Below are positions 8,595 through 19,200 of a stretch of DNA of 63,367 nucleotides, piece after piece. Position 1 is the stretch's first letter, and each line of letters starts with the position of its first letter. The notes under the pieces were generated by a model, which was not told the origin of the DNA, ran no database searches, and saw nothing but the letters and a program-made list of their open reading frames with translations. This DNA comes from a virus (Duplodnaviria; Caudoviricetes), in the IMG/VR virus record IMGVR_UViG_3300013137_000021, positions 1 through 63,367 of that record; one strand, written 5' to 3'. A program made the position numbers and the translations under genes.

Positions 8595-9290
8595 ATGACT
8601 GAAACCTCCATAACGCCGCGGCTTCGTGTCAAAGGCTACGTCCGCGTGTCCACAAAAAAGCAGGACATCTCGCCAGAAATGCAGGCCGCAAAGATCCAGG
8701 CATATTGCGAACTTAACGACTTGGAACTGGTGGATATCACAGAGGAACGCCGTAGCGCCAAAGATATCAAACACAGGCGGGAATTTCGACGGGTCCTGTC
8801 TGACATCCTCACGGACAAAGCCGACTCCCTGGTAATCTACAAATTGGACCGGGCGTTCAGATCGACTCGGGATGCACTCGACACCGCTGAAATTTTGAAC
8901 AAACAGGGAAAGGGCCTGCATTCCATCACAGAAAAATTGGACACTACGTCGGCAATGGGGGAGTTTATTTTCACCCTGTTGGCAAGCCTGGCCCAAATGG
9001 AACGCCGGTTAATCGGGGAGCGCACACAGGCCGCGATGCAACAGAAGAAATCCAACGGCGAGAAAGTATCCAGGGAAGCGCCGTTTGGGTATAGACATGA
9101 GGGGAAATTCGTGGTAGAGGACGAGAAAGAACAGTCCTGTATCATGGAAGCGCAGCGGCTGCGAGAGGAAGACCCGAAGAAATCCCTTCGTAATGTCGCC
9201 CGCGAACTAGCGGCCTCTGGTTACAGGAATCGGCAGGGCAAAACATTCCATCCTGAGTGTGTCAAGGCAATGCTGGGAGGTAGTTTCTGA
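8595..9290 (+). CDS. Serine recombinase (resolvase/invertase catalytic domain + short C-terminal DNA-binding region)
   Basis: GYVRVST catalytic motif, YKLDRAFRS, ERRLIGERT, APFGY. Confidence 0.92.
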   Translation: MTETSITPRLRVKGYVRVSTKKQDISPEMQAAKIQAYCELNDLELVDITEERRSAKDIKHRREFRRVLSDILTDKADSLVIYKLDRAFRSTRDALDTAEILNKQGKGLHSITEKLDTTSAMGEFIFTLLASLAQMERRLIGERTQAAMQQKKSNGEKVSREAPFGYRHEGKFVVEDEKEQSCIMEAQRLREEDPKKSLRNVARELAASGYRNRQGKTFHPECVKAMLGGSF

Positions 9291-9389
9291 TGAATGCCTT
9301 ACGTTGTCAGATACCAGTTGGCTGGACAGGCCGCGTTAGGATAAATCCCGGAATAATTTACCGTAGCATCGCCAAAATTACACAGGCGG

Positions 9390-9923
9390 CTATCTGAGCC
9401 GCCTGTGCCCACCTTCGGGCAGACAAGCGATCCACATACCCTCGATGTCATCTATAGCAATCCCGCGGCGCTTGCCGCTCGCGTGTATTATTTTGTACTG
9501 ATAATTAAATTGTATGATCGCGCCGACGTGGTTCACTCCGTACGGTCGTTCGAGACTTCCAGGGACTGCAAGACAAAGCAAATCACAAATCTCCATGCTG
9601 CCGGCCAGGACACCAGGGTAGATACTGTCACCCACAAAACGGTCCATACCCTTGAAGATCCGCCAAGCCTGGGTGCGCCCCTCAGTAACGCCAACCCCCG
9701 CGTCCTTCATGCCCTTGCGTACAAACTCAGAGCAGTCAATAAATCCCTTCTTGGGTTCCCCGCCGAGTGCATAGATGTAGGCGGGCTTGCGATAGTACAT
9801 CTCCAGGTATTTCGCCTGTGCACCCGCCCTGTATTCCGGGCTCAGAGCCTCACATTGCCCCGCTAACAGCAATGCCAATAGCAAGGAAAAGGCCCATAGC
9901 CGCAAGACCGACTGCAATTTCAC
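9390..9923 (-). CDS. NlpC/P60-like cell-wall hydrolase (probable endolysin) with N-terminal signal peptide
   Basis: YALGG..GFIDCSEFV, HVGA, IIHAS Cys-His-His pattern; hydrophobic N-terminus; GGAGGG RBS before GTG 9923. Confidence 0.75.
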   Translation of the reverse strand: MKLQSVLRLWAFSLLLALLLAGQCEALSPEYRAGAQAKYLEMYYRKPAYIYALGGEPKKGFIDCSEFVRKGMKDAGVGVTEGRTQAWRIFKGMDRFVGDSIYPGVLAGSMEICDLLCLAVPGSLERPYGVNHVGAIIQFNYQYKIIHASGKRRGIAIDDIEGMWIACLPEGGHRRLR

Positions 9924-10269
9924 TGTATTGACCCTCCGTGAGCTTATCCCACCAGTCATGTTTCGTAATCCAGTTGATTGCCAGTGCGCCGCCGCAAATC
10001 CCTATAACGGCAAGGACAACCTGAGCGTGCTTCCAGATCATACTGCGGACGAACCCGTTAGGATCTTCCGCCGGCTGGTAGGCTGGGCTCATGAGAGCAA
10101 GAATCCAAATAATCCCCTCGCCCGTTAGGACGATGAGAAGCCATTTCTTGAATTCTTTCCGCTGATCGTCTTCTTCATTCAGATAGACCCACGCAAAAAA
10201 CACGCAGAGCGAGACCAGGAGCGGGACGGAAATGAACCAGAACTTCAACAGCACTATAAGTATGTCCAT
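9850..10269 (-). CDS. Multi-pass membrane protein (holin candidate)
   Basis: About four hydrophobic segments, GAGGAGG RBS, adjacent to the hydrolase. Confidence 0.6.
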   Translation of the reverse strand: MDILIVLLKFWFISVPLLVSLCVFFAWVYLNEEDDQRKEFKKWLLIVLTGEGIIWILALMSPAYQPAEDPNGFVRSMIWKHAQVVLAVIGICGGALAINWITKHDWWDKLTEGQYSEIAVGLAAMGLFLAIGIAVSGAM

Positions 10270-10288
10270 GAGTAAGACCTCCTCTATG

Positions 10289-10684
10289 CTATTTTGCGAC
10301 GTGCGGCGCCACGGGATACGCGAGCCGGTATATCTCGATGAAAAAAAGCACCAGTGTTCCAAGGCAACTCGCTCCCACCGCCAGCAGCGTGTATCTTGCG
10401 ATCTTGCTCGAAGCTTCTGCCGTGCTGAGGTGAGGCTCAATCGTGGCCTGGTGTTTCAAGACAGACTCCACGCCCGCGGCATGATCCTGAGTGCCCCGGA
10501 TCTGTTTTAATTCCTCGTAGACACAGCCCATGTCATTGCGGCAATCCTTCAGATGCCCACGCAGGACGTCCTTGATTTCGATCATTTGGTCTGGCAGTGC
10601 GGATAAGATCCCCACCTTTTCACTCATAGCCCGCAGCTCCACGAGTACAGTCTCAAGCAACGACTTCGGTTGAGTCTCTTCCAT
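10289..10684 (-). CDS. Coiled-coil protein with C-terminal TM segment (lysis-module type)
   Basis: Hydrophobic C-terminus; position in the lysis cluster. Confidence 0.55.
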   Translation of the reverse strand: MEETQPKSLLETVLVELRAMSEKVGILSALPDQMIEIKDVLRGHLKDCRNDMGCVYEELKQIRGTQDHAAGVESVLKHQATIEPHLSTAEASSKIARYTLLAVGASCLGTLVLFFIEIYRLAYPVAPHVAK

Positions 10685-10702
10685 GAGTCTTCTCCTCGCT
10701 TC

Positions 10703-10966
10703 TTATTTCCTTGCGCCCTGCTTTTCGATCTCCAACCCGACATGGTTCCGATACGTGTCTACCGCGTTCACAAGGTCCGCGGTGCCTGTCAGGTCCAGCG
10801 CGGCGGCCTGATCCTGGATGGATTGCAGTGTCATCAGCATGGACAACAGCCGCATGTCAACCTGCTCAAAATCTATCGTGGATGTCGGCTCCTTAGATGC
10901 AAGCGCCTTGAGGACCGATATCATCCTCGGATCGAGTTTATCCAGTTCATCTCGTGTCAGGGCCAT
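10703..10966 (-). CDS. Hypothetical protein
   Basis: In operon directly after the fibre gene. Confidence 0.6.
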   Translation of the reverse strand: MALTRDELDKLDPRMISVLKALASKEPTSTIDFEQVDMRLLSMLMTLQSIQDQAAALDLTGTADLVNAVDTYRNHVGLEIEKQGARK

Positions 10967-10967
10967 T

Positions 10968-13900
10968 CTAGTTCCCTTCTATGCTCAGGATCATGTTCCC
11001 GTTGATCCAATAGACAGCGCCTCCCATCGGTGTAGATGTGCACGTTATGAGCCAACCGCCGTCACTCCACATATAGAACGTGCTCGCCGGATAAACGCCC
11101 GCGGCAATATTGGCGCTATGTGATTTGTTACGCGACGCATATCCTAGTTCGCATGTGCCGTACCCTGGTGTAGAACTGGCAACGGCTGTGCAATTGACCG
11201 AACCGCACGTGAAATTCCAGCCGGTGCTGCCGGTCACTGAAAACGTCGCTGGATGTATGGGCGGAACCAGGACCGCGTCATGCTGATCGAAATAGACGAC
11301 GTGGCCCGGCGTGATGCTCAGCGCCTTCAACAGTGCCCTCGCGTCCTGGTTGAAAAACGAGTAGGCGCTCCAGTACCCCGGCATTTCGCCGCTATTGTTC
11401 ACTCCATAGTACCCGACCAGTATGTCATTGTCCTTCCATTGCAGATTTTCAGCGCCGTCAGTCGGAGCGTCCGCACTGGCGACCAGCTCGCAGACCGTAT
11501 CCGAAATGCGACGGAGATACACGTAATAAATCGTATAGCCTGTTCCGCTTACGTCGAGACTCAGCCCATTGGCAGGCAACACACTCACACTCACGTCCGG
11601 AAACGTGACGGTCAGGTCCTCCGTGTTCATAGGCGCGAACAGGACCGTTCCGGCGTTGGTCCTGGTCATCCTCGCGGCCAAGCCGTTGAGTTTTTCCTGG
11701 CCCCACGCCGAGGCCGCCGAAATCAACTGATAGACCCGATCGACCTTGCCGTCGATGCACGCGCTGGAATACGTGGACGTGAGCGACGAGACCGCATCGT
11801 CAATCCTCACCACGAACGGCGCGATTGATTCAAGCACAAATGATCCCGTGAGTGCTCCGGTCCTGTCCGGTCGCACGGTCATGATCCATCGCGCGTTGTT
11901 CCCCGGCCAGTTGCGGCTCAAGTAGCCGTTTACCGGCTCCTGAGCGCATGCAACGAGCCTGTTTGCCCAGGCGCCCCAGAAATCCCATGCGTTCGCGAGG
12001 TAAATGTTGACTCGTTGGCCGATATACGCGCTGATCGGCCCGCTCGCGGCCTCGACCTCTATTTTGGCCACGCCGATATCGGCATAGTTAACATAGGAAA
12101 ATCCGCTTACGGTCTGACTGTTCCACGACGTGACCCCGATTCTGTAGTAGAAGCCGTCAATCGGTGGACCATAATTCGCTCCCACCTTGGACGGCGTATC
12201 ACAGTCGAGAATAACCAGATGATCCACGGTGTCGTCATAGTCGTAAACCAGAGCATCGCCCGTGATACTCTGCGCCGCGCCAATCTCAAAACCGGACTCC
12301 TCATCAAAAACGATCTCAGTCGGCGTCGTGGTCCCGTCGTCAGTCTCTCCGTCGCGTTCCACTATCGAAGCGTGCGCGCAGATAAGGCCGACTGATGCGC
12401 CCGCGGCGAATGTGACCCTGATTTTGCCGCCACTGAGCGTCGCTGTACCCGCCTTGATGACCTGCCGTATCGAATACGTGGACGCCTCAACATTGTCCCC
12501 GAGAGCTTTCTGCCAGGAGGTAAACCATGCCGGTTCCGTGGCTTCCAACGGCTCGTCGGGCCGGTCCTCGTGATAGGTCTGGACGTATTGGCTCGTGAGC
12601 AGCTTATGGACATTAGCGTCGTTTGAATCGAATGTCTGGACGCTCTGCCCCGCGACGTTGACTATCCCGCTCGCGCCGCGCCGCTTGCTGACGCGTACTT
12701 CCTCGTCATTGACCGGCGTGATGTCAATCTCCGCGAGGCCGCTGAAATCGGACGGATTCAGGGTGGGTTGCCGAATCGCTGAAACGTCCGCGGCCGGGAC
12801 AAACTTCCCGTTCGCGTCTGTGCGAATCTGCCCGATATGCCGGACTTCGTAACCCGGCCACGCGTCGGCCATGCGGCCATGTTCCGGCGTTTTCGGACTC
12901 AGGAACGGTCTGAGTCTCACATCCAGGTCCGTGTCGTAATGAGATTCGGATTGGTAGTCCGTGCTCAGCCAAGGCCGATTGGTCGCGGGATTGATCGCGT
13001 TGAAATTGAAATTGTCTATCCGAGCCGATAAGTAGGCAAAATACAGAGTGTCGGGCGATAACGCGGTTGCGCTTCGCAAAACATCCCCATCATTCCAATC
13101 CACCCACGCGTCAGCCGTGCCTATTTCGTAGTCAGCGCCCAGATAGTAGAGGTCCCGATTGATCCCGATCTGCGGATAGAGTCCGTCAATCAGCGTCAGA
13201 CTGAGCGTATCCTGGTCCACAAACCTCAACTGATAGGCCGAGTATTCCCGGTAGGTCTCTGCGAAATTCGCGGTCTGACTGATCAGGGAAATACCGAGTT
13301 CATGGATAAAGCGCGGCCCACCGTCCGCTTTTGCGGTGTCGTCGGTCTGGCATCGGCCCACCATGCGAGCGTGTTTGCCGCTGCCCATAGGCGAGAGATA
13401 GCCGTCCACGTTGGGCGTCGCGGACAAAAACATCCGGCCTTGATAGTTCCAAGGAGGCGCGGCGTTGTGCGTATCGTCCGCGGCGATCCCTGCGATAGAA
13501 CTGAATGCGGGGTCCTGGTTGTTCGCGAGGTAGATCCAGTATTCCGTGTCAGGCTGGATATGCGTGAACGTGAGCCTGTTATGCTGCGAATCCCAGTTGA
13601 TGACTGCGAGGTTATTCCGCACGCTGCACGTTGCGCTGGCCGTGATCCATTCGCCATTCACCCAGACCCGACCTGAACCGCCCGGAACGATTTGAAGCCC
13701 GATCTCCGTTGGCCCCACATAGACCACTCGAACATCCGGCGCGGCAATCTGGAGGAAGCCCCGCGGCAAATGACGTTCTTCCTCGTCGTTGTCTAAGCTG
13801 CTATGCCTGGGTCTGCGGAACTGGAATCCATCCCAAAACACCTCGACATCAGGCTCAACAACGATATGGGCCGCGCCCACGTGATAGCCGGGATAGGGCA

Positions 13901-14267
13901 GATCAGAGAGCGCATCGGCCTTGAAATACCAGTTCAGGATCTTGAATCCCTCGGCCTCGGAATCCCAGTAGTATGTGTCCCATATATATTGCCCTGAATC
14001 AGTATATCGAACCGCTTTCCAGATTTCCCCGAATGCTCGCGGGCCGCTGGGTAGTAATTCCACGGACCCGGCTGTGCCGCCCAACGACTCATCAGTAATC
14101 TCCAGGTACTGTTCACCATCCCACCAATATTCGTGCGGCCAGTTCGCGTATCGCGTCCGCGCCCCGTAGACCAAGCCCTTCGGGCTGATGTTCAGCGGGT
14201 TACGACTGTACACGCCCTCTGCCCGCCAGGGCGCGGGAACTTTGATGGTGATGGTGCTATCTGCCAT
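10968..14267 (-). CDS. Large tail fibre / receptor-binding protein with internal repeats
   Basis: 1099 aa, distal tail position, about four repeats of a YxxYL...xxSxxxP...GY/GR motif. Confidence 0.65.
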   Translation of the reverse strand: MADSTITIKVPAPWRAEGVYSRNPLNISPKGLVYGARTRYANWPHEYWWDGEQYLEITDESLGGTAGSVELLPSGPRAFGEIWKAVRYTDSGQYIWDTYYWDSEAEGFKILNWYFKADALSDLPYPGYHVGAAHIVVEPDVEVFWDGFQFRRPRHSSLDNDEEERHLPRGFLQIAAPDVRVVYVGPTEIGLQIVPGGSGRVWVNGEWITASATCSVRNNLAVINWDSQHNRLTFTHIQPDTEYWIYLANNQDPAFSSIAGIAADDTHNAAPPWNYQGRMFLSATPNVDGYLSPMGSGKHARMVGRCQTDDTAKADGGPRFIHELGISLISQTANFAETYREYSAYQLRFVDQDTLSLTLIDGLYPQIGINRDLYYLGADYEIGTADAWVDWNDGDVLRSATALSPDTLYFAYLSARIDNFNFNAINPATNRPWLSTDYQSESHYDTDLDVRLRPFLSPKTPEHGRMADAWPGYEVRHIGQIRTDANGKFVPAADVSAIRQPTLNPSDFSGLAEIDITPVNDEEVRVSKRRGASGIVNVAGQSVQTFDSNDANVHKLLTSQYVQTYHEDRPDEPLEATEPAWFTSWQKALGDNVEASTYSIRQVIKAGTATLSGGKIRVTFAAGASVGLICAHASIVERDGETDDGTTTPTEIVFDEESGFEIGAAQSITGDALVYDYDDTVDHLVILDCDTPSKVGANYGPPIDGFYYRIGVTSWNSQTVSGFSYVNYADIGVAKIEVEAASGPISAYIGQRVNIYLANAWDFWGAWANRLVACAQEPVNGYLSRNWPGNNARWIMTVRPDRTGALTGSFVLESIAPFVVRIDDAVSSLTSTYSSACIDGKVDRVYQLISAASAWGQEKLNGLAARMTRTNAGTVLFAPMNTEDLTVTFPDVSVSVLPANGLSLDVSGTGYTIYYVYLRRISDTVCELVASADAPTDGAENLQWKDNDILVGYYGVNNSGEMPGYWSAYSFFNQDARALLKALSITPGHVVYFDQHDAVLVPPIHPATFSVTGSTGWNFTCGSVNCTAVASSTPGYGTCELGYASRNKSHSANIAAGVYPASTFYMWSDGGWLITCTSTPMGGAVYWINGNMILSIEGN

Positions 14268-14563
14268 TATGCGTCGTGATAACCCTCGGTAGCTCCGGGC
14301 GGTGGCGCTTGCTGCTCAGGCGGCGAAACGTACCCCCTGACCGGCCCTGGCGCGAACTCCGGGCTCGGCAGTGGCGGCATCGTGCCGTTGACGTGGTTGT
14401 TGAAATTCATAATCTCGAAGCCCTCCATGATGGAGTGCTCCTTGTCGTTGATTTCAACGCGTTTGCCGTACACAGCCACGCATCCAAGCTCGGTTGTCAC
14501 TAACCCGCCCTTAGCCTGGGCCTCCTTTTTGCATCCCTCGTATGCGCTGAGGTCGTCAGCCAT
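14267..14563 (-). CDS. Hypothetical protein
   Basis: Co-oriented, stop/start overlap with the fibre gene. Confidence 0.6.
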   Translation of the reverse strand: MADDLSAYEGCKKEAQAKGGLVTTELGCVAVYGKRVEINDKEHSIMEGFEIMNFNNHVNGTMPPLPSPEFAPGPVRGYVSPPEQQAPPPGATEGYHDA

Positions 14564-14598
14564 TGTGCCTCATCCTGCCGGTTGTTTCTGGACCTGCG

Positions 14599-14808
14599 CT
14601 AATCTGCGCCTTCTGCGGACACTCTCTGCATTGCCTCTTCCAGCGCACGCAATCGCGCGTCCTGGTCCGCCAATCGCGTCTTCATCTCATCGTTCTCCTG
14701 AGCCAGCCGTTTCACTGGTCTGGAATGCACGCCAGGCCCCAGGAGAAACCCCTTTGTGGCGGTCTTCATATAGCCGGGTGGTAACGTATCGTATGGATCA
14801 ATAGCCAT
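14599..14808 (-). CDS. Small coiled-coil hypothetical protein
   Basis: GAGGG RBS, operonic. Confidence 0.55.
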   Translation of the reverse strand: MAIDPYDTLPPGYMKTATKGFLLGPGVHSRPVKRLAQENDEMKTRLADQDARLRALEEAMQRVSAEGAD

Positions 14809-14817
14809 GCCGTCCCT

Positions 14818-16212
14818 CTAGGCTGTTGGTTGAAGGCTCCTGATCGCGCCCTCGTTGAAGAGCGTCGCGGTCAGCCCTGTAATCGTCTCTGAAGACCCGG
14901 CATTCCGGTGACAGTTGATGTCCATAAAATCCGGACAAGTATCATCTACGTCCAAGGCCACTCCGGTCCCCCCGTACGAACAGTTTATTCGCGTCAAGTT
15001 CCAGATCCCCCGGAAAAAAAACCCCTTGCCGAGCGTATCGCCCAATTGCACTCCACGAAATACAACATCCTGCATGGAATGGTCGATATATATAGCGAAG
15101 TGATCCGCATCGGTCCCCTGCTCGTATCGCAGATGTCCGAGGTCTATCAGGCCGCTGATACCGCTGTTGTGATCGTGATCGTCCCATATCAGGATACCGG
15201 CCCCAGTAGCGCAGGCCACATGCCCGTTCATTGTCCAGCTCGTGATATTGCAGTCGAGTCCCACAGTTACAGCCCATTGCCCCGCGCCGGGAATCAGGTA
15301 CATATTGTTCCAGTCCGAATTGTCCAGCGAAATTGCCGAATGAGGGTTGGCCTCGATATATATAGGTTTGTCCGCGAGGATGTTCACGTTGTCCAGATCG
15401 CAGAAATCTCGCCCCTGCACGTTTATTCCGATACTGGTATTCCCGGTCCAGGTGCCAATATAGATATCTCGCCCGTTGAACCGTCGAGTGTCCACGAGTT
15501 TTATAGCCGTCTTCTGGTATGTTCCAAAGCCGGTGAAACTCATAGACGAGAGCGATGCGTCTGCGATTGTGCCCGCTCCGGACGCCTGGAAAACAAAGCA
15601 GGGTTTGGCTGACGTCGGATGGAAATAGATGTTGGTGGATACCACTCCCTCTCCGTCTATGTGTGTTCCAGATGCGGCGATTGTGATAGTGTCTGTTATC
15701 TTCGGCGCTCCCTGGCCCAGCTTGATATGCTGTGACGGCGCCGCTGTGATAGCGGCCTGGATAGCTGCTGTGCAGTCTGTCACCCCATCGTTGATAGCGC
15801 CCCACCAGTGCGGTTTCACCCCGTCCATGACCGCAGTGTGAGCAATCGTGGCGTGGCCCGCGCCCGTAAATGCGAATATCTGATACTGCCCGGCATAGAG
15901 TGGGCCGTGAAAATCGACCGTGCCCTCGCCCGTGAACCTTGATCCCCGAACCACCGCGACAGCCACGTTTGCCGGAAAATTCTTGGTTACGGCCCAGTCG
16001 CCGCCACAAATCACCAAGGTTTTCTGCTCGCTGCCTATGGCTGCCAGGGCCGCGTCAAGCGCGGCCTGTCCGGGGTCACCGTAGTTTGTAGCAAGCACAT
16101 CTCCAACGAGCAATGCGTCAAAGTTGGCCTCCAGCGCCAGAATCCTGGTCCGCAACTCCGCTATTAGCGGGGACGGAGTGCCCGGCAAAAATCCCGGTGT
16201 TGGTTCAGTCAT
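14818..16212 (-). CDS. Tailspike-like protein with pectate-lyase-type beta-helix
   Basis: WGAINDGVTDCTAAIQAAI motif typical of the start of a beta-helix domain, followed by beta-rich rungs. Confidence 0.75.
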   Translation of the reverse strand: MTEPTPGFLPGTPSPLIAELRTRILALEANFDALLVGDVLATNYGDPGQAALDAALAAIGSEQKTLVICGGDWAVTKNFPANVAVAVVRGSRFTGEGTVDFHGPLYAGQYQIFAFTGAGHATIAHTAVMDGVKPHWWGAINDGVTDCTAAIQAAITAAPSQHIKLGQGAPKITDTITIAASGTHIDGEGVVSTNIYFHPTSAKPCFVFQASGAGTIADASLSSMSFTGFGTYQKTAIKLVDTRRFNGRDIYIGTWTGNTSIGINVQGRDFCDLDNVNILADKPIYIEANPHSAISLDNSDWNNMYLIPGAGQWAVTVGLDCNITSWTMNGHVACATGAGILIWDDHDHNSGISGLIDLGHLRYEQGTDADHFAIYIDHSMQDVVFRGVQLGDTLGKGFFFRGIWNLTRINCSYGGTGVALDVDDTCPDFMDINCHRNAGSSETITGLTATLFNEGAIRSLQPTA

Positions 16213-16222
16213 GATGATTCCC

Positions 16223-19200
16223 CTACACTCTCGTGAAAACGAACCCGATATCTCTCACTCTGGGCGCTCGCGCTTGATTGTCCGTTTCCAGCAGCACGCG
16301 GCCCCTGACCTGATCGTATTCCGCGTGATTGATCGTCCCGCCCCCGGTGTATGCGCCATTACCCGCGATGTCCGCGCCGCTGACAGGATCTGTGAGTGAA
16401 AAACTGTTTGCGCTGACATCCACGATGCGCCTGGTCCCGTTCGCCGCGGTGTTGCCCGTAATCCCCACGATGGTGACAAGCTGGTCCTCTTGGAACTTGT
16501 GCGACGTGCTGGTGATGACTATGGGCGTCGCGTTGGAGGCGTTTTCCACCGTGGCTTCGTCCGGCGTCTCGAACTGCTGCACATAGAATCCCTGTTCCGC
16601 GGTTACAGGGACGAATCCCGGTGTCGGCTGCATGTCTACCCAATGAGCGCCGTCATCCACGGTGTATTTTGGCGTGATGGATGTCTCACCCACGCCATTG
16701 GTCCCGTCCGTGATGGTTTTGACCGTGCAGACGATTCTATTCGGCAGGGCCAACGGATCATTGAAGAAACAGGCCCGCCCCACATAATCCGCGCTTTCCA
16801 CGTGCAGGAGGAACAGCACGCCGGCGATTTGCTCCACGATCTGGTAGGACCCACCAAAGCTCGTCACATCAATCCGAAGCTGTACCTGTTCCACGATTTG
16901 CTCGAGTACCACATTGACCCTCGGGTGGAACGGGACCCAATCGTCAGACCCATCAAGGCAGTAGCTCCAAACCACATTGACGCCCGGCGCAACAAACTCT
17001 TCCACTGCTGTGGCTATCTGTGCCGCCTGAAGCCCGGAAATCGCATGAAATACGATTTGGCAATCGTTCTCAAAGTTGCTCCGGTAAATTTTGTACTTCA
17101 AGTCCCGTTTAGTCCACGGTTCCCACGTACGCCCATTCGGGGAGTGGAACAGCACGCCATTGGCCATTGGCGGGCCGATAATGTCACCGCTGATAACGTC
17201 GATCGCGCCAAGTTCCGCGGCCCAGAGCTTGTAGTCGGGCGACGTTCCCGGCATGGTCACAAAGCAGAACTCGTTGCCTGCTTTGTACCCCAGCACATGA
17301 TCGAATGTGAATAGCGTCTCGACTGAGCCGTCATCGCTGATATCAATGTCATCCGGTTCCAGCGTGCATGTCGCGTACACGTCGGGGCCTGGATAGCCGT
17401 TGACTACGCTCCGTATCTGAACCGTGAACGGCATGGTCGCGGACTTGGCCGAAAAAAACAGCCCCACAGCCGACACGTACGTGATTTCCGATGGAATCAC
17501 AAAGCTCTGTGCCAGCGGGTCTGCATCGCCCATGCCGCCCCATATCATTTGTCCCTGGCCCACCACAACGGTCTGCTGTTGCGAGACGGTTTCTGTGCGT
17601 ATGCTCGCAGTGGATATCCCCAACGTCATGCCCTGATGCGTCGTCAGGAAGCCCTTGCCATAGAACGTGGCTTGAGCGATTGAGTGTGAGGGTAGACTGT
17701 AGTGGAAACAGCTCACCAGCGGCGCTCCGTTGGGCACGCCCGCGGGCATGGTGAATTTGCCGGTCAATCGACCGTCATTATCCGCGCAAACCGTCGTTTT
17801 GCCCTGAACCGTATGCGTTCCCACGGCCCCTCGCGGATGCTCCGCGCCGGAGTCATAGGTGAAATCGACATTCTTCCCGCCTATTGTTATCGCATGGTCC
17901 TGGTTGGGCACGAGCCCGTCAACGCGAACCTGAATCACAAACGGATCCCCTGTGTCCGTAGTAGTCCGGAGCATCGGAACTACGCTCATGTCAATTACGC
18001 GGTCCCCGAGATCACGGGTGATAGATCCCGGAATCTGGGTGATCTGGAGTCCCTGGCGTTCCTGCTGCTGCGTGATATCCCACGATATCGTTCCGCTGAT
18101 TCCCGCCGCGTTATCATTCCGCAACGTGGACCAATCCGCTGTAGCCGTCCCCACGCTGTTCCATGTCCCCCAGAACACTGAGTTCAGATCTTCGGGCGTC
18201 ATGTCCGCGGCCGCGCTGGTCAAGTTGTCGTCAAAATCCACATTGATGACCGGCGCTTGCGTCTCATCCAGAAACGAGTCACAGAACGGGGCCAGTTGCA
18301 TGTGGCCAACATAGTCCTCATACACCCAATCCGCCGCGCAGTTGATCCAGATGGATGCCTGCAACTGTTGGTCGATGACCTCGGGCTCATAATCCAAGCA
18401 AAGGACATTTCCGTTGCGCCGCACATGGGTGGAGTTCACCAGATCCACACTGAGGTTTTTGGCCTGATAGTCTGCGGGTAGGCTCAGGGTCCGCGTCAAC
18501 GGCTCAATCGCGGCGGTATGCCGCACTCGATTGCCGTGAGCATCCATTTTATCGAATGCCGTGTCCACGCGGCCCAGGCCGGTCAGCGCGTCGGTATAGA
18601 TCCCGATATTGTCCAGGGCGATAGGCTGTTGAGCAATCTCTTTCTCAAGCCCATTCACGACCGCGAAATACTCCATTTTCTCCATTCGCTCTTGGAGTCT
18701 GTTTAGCCCTGATTGTGTGATCCTTCGGGCCGCTACGGGGACAACCTGCACATCCGTAGGATTGTAAGTGTAGGGCGGAATCTTGGCCACTGCTAGGGTC
18801 ATCACGCCCGTCTGATCGGGCGGCGCAGGCGCGACCAGTGCGGGCGCTCCAGCGATGAGGCTGAAGTCGCCCGTGTCCGCGAGCACGAGCTTGTCCATGC
18901 GACTCAAATAAAAGTTGTAGTCCATTGTCGCGGATTCGTCAGGTTCAGGCAGGACGCCCAGCGTGCGGAAATCTATACAGTCCCGCAGAGGCAGGGTAGC
19001 AAACGTCTCAATCTCCGAGTAAACATCGTAGGAGTCCGCTGAGCAGTAATCGCCCTCGGTTTCATGGCGCCACGCCCAGAAGGAACAATAATATGTGGCT
19101 CCGAGCGCAGGCTGTCCACCCGCGCCGCTACCTGGAGCCCCAGCGGATGACCAATCAACCTGTGAAGTCGCGTGCGTGAGTCCGTCAGAGTTCTTCAGGA

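Noticed and set aside
14942-16009. 355-aa alternative-frame ORF inside the tailspike, and the many long antisense ORFs across the late operon
   Set aside because: Expected shadows of GC-rich coding sequence; no motifs or RBSs
10968-16212. Diversity-generating retroelement acting on the fibres
   Set aside because: No reverse transcriptase and no template/variable repeat pair noticed
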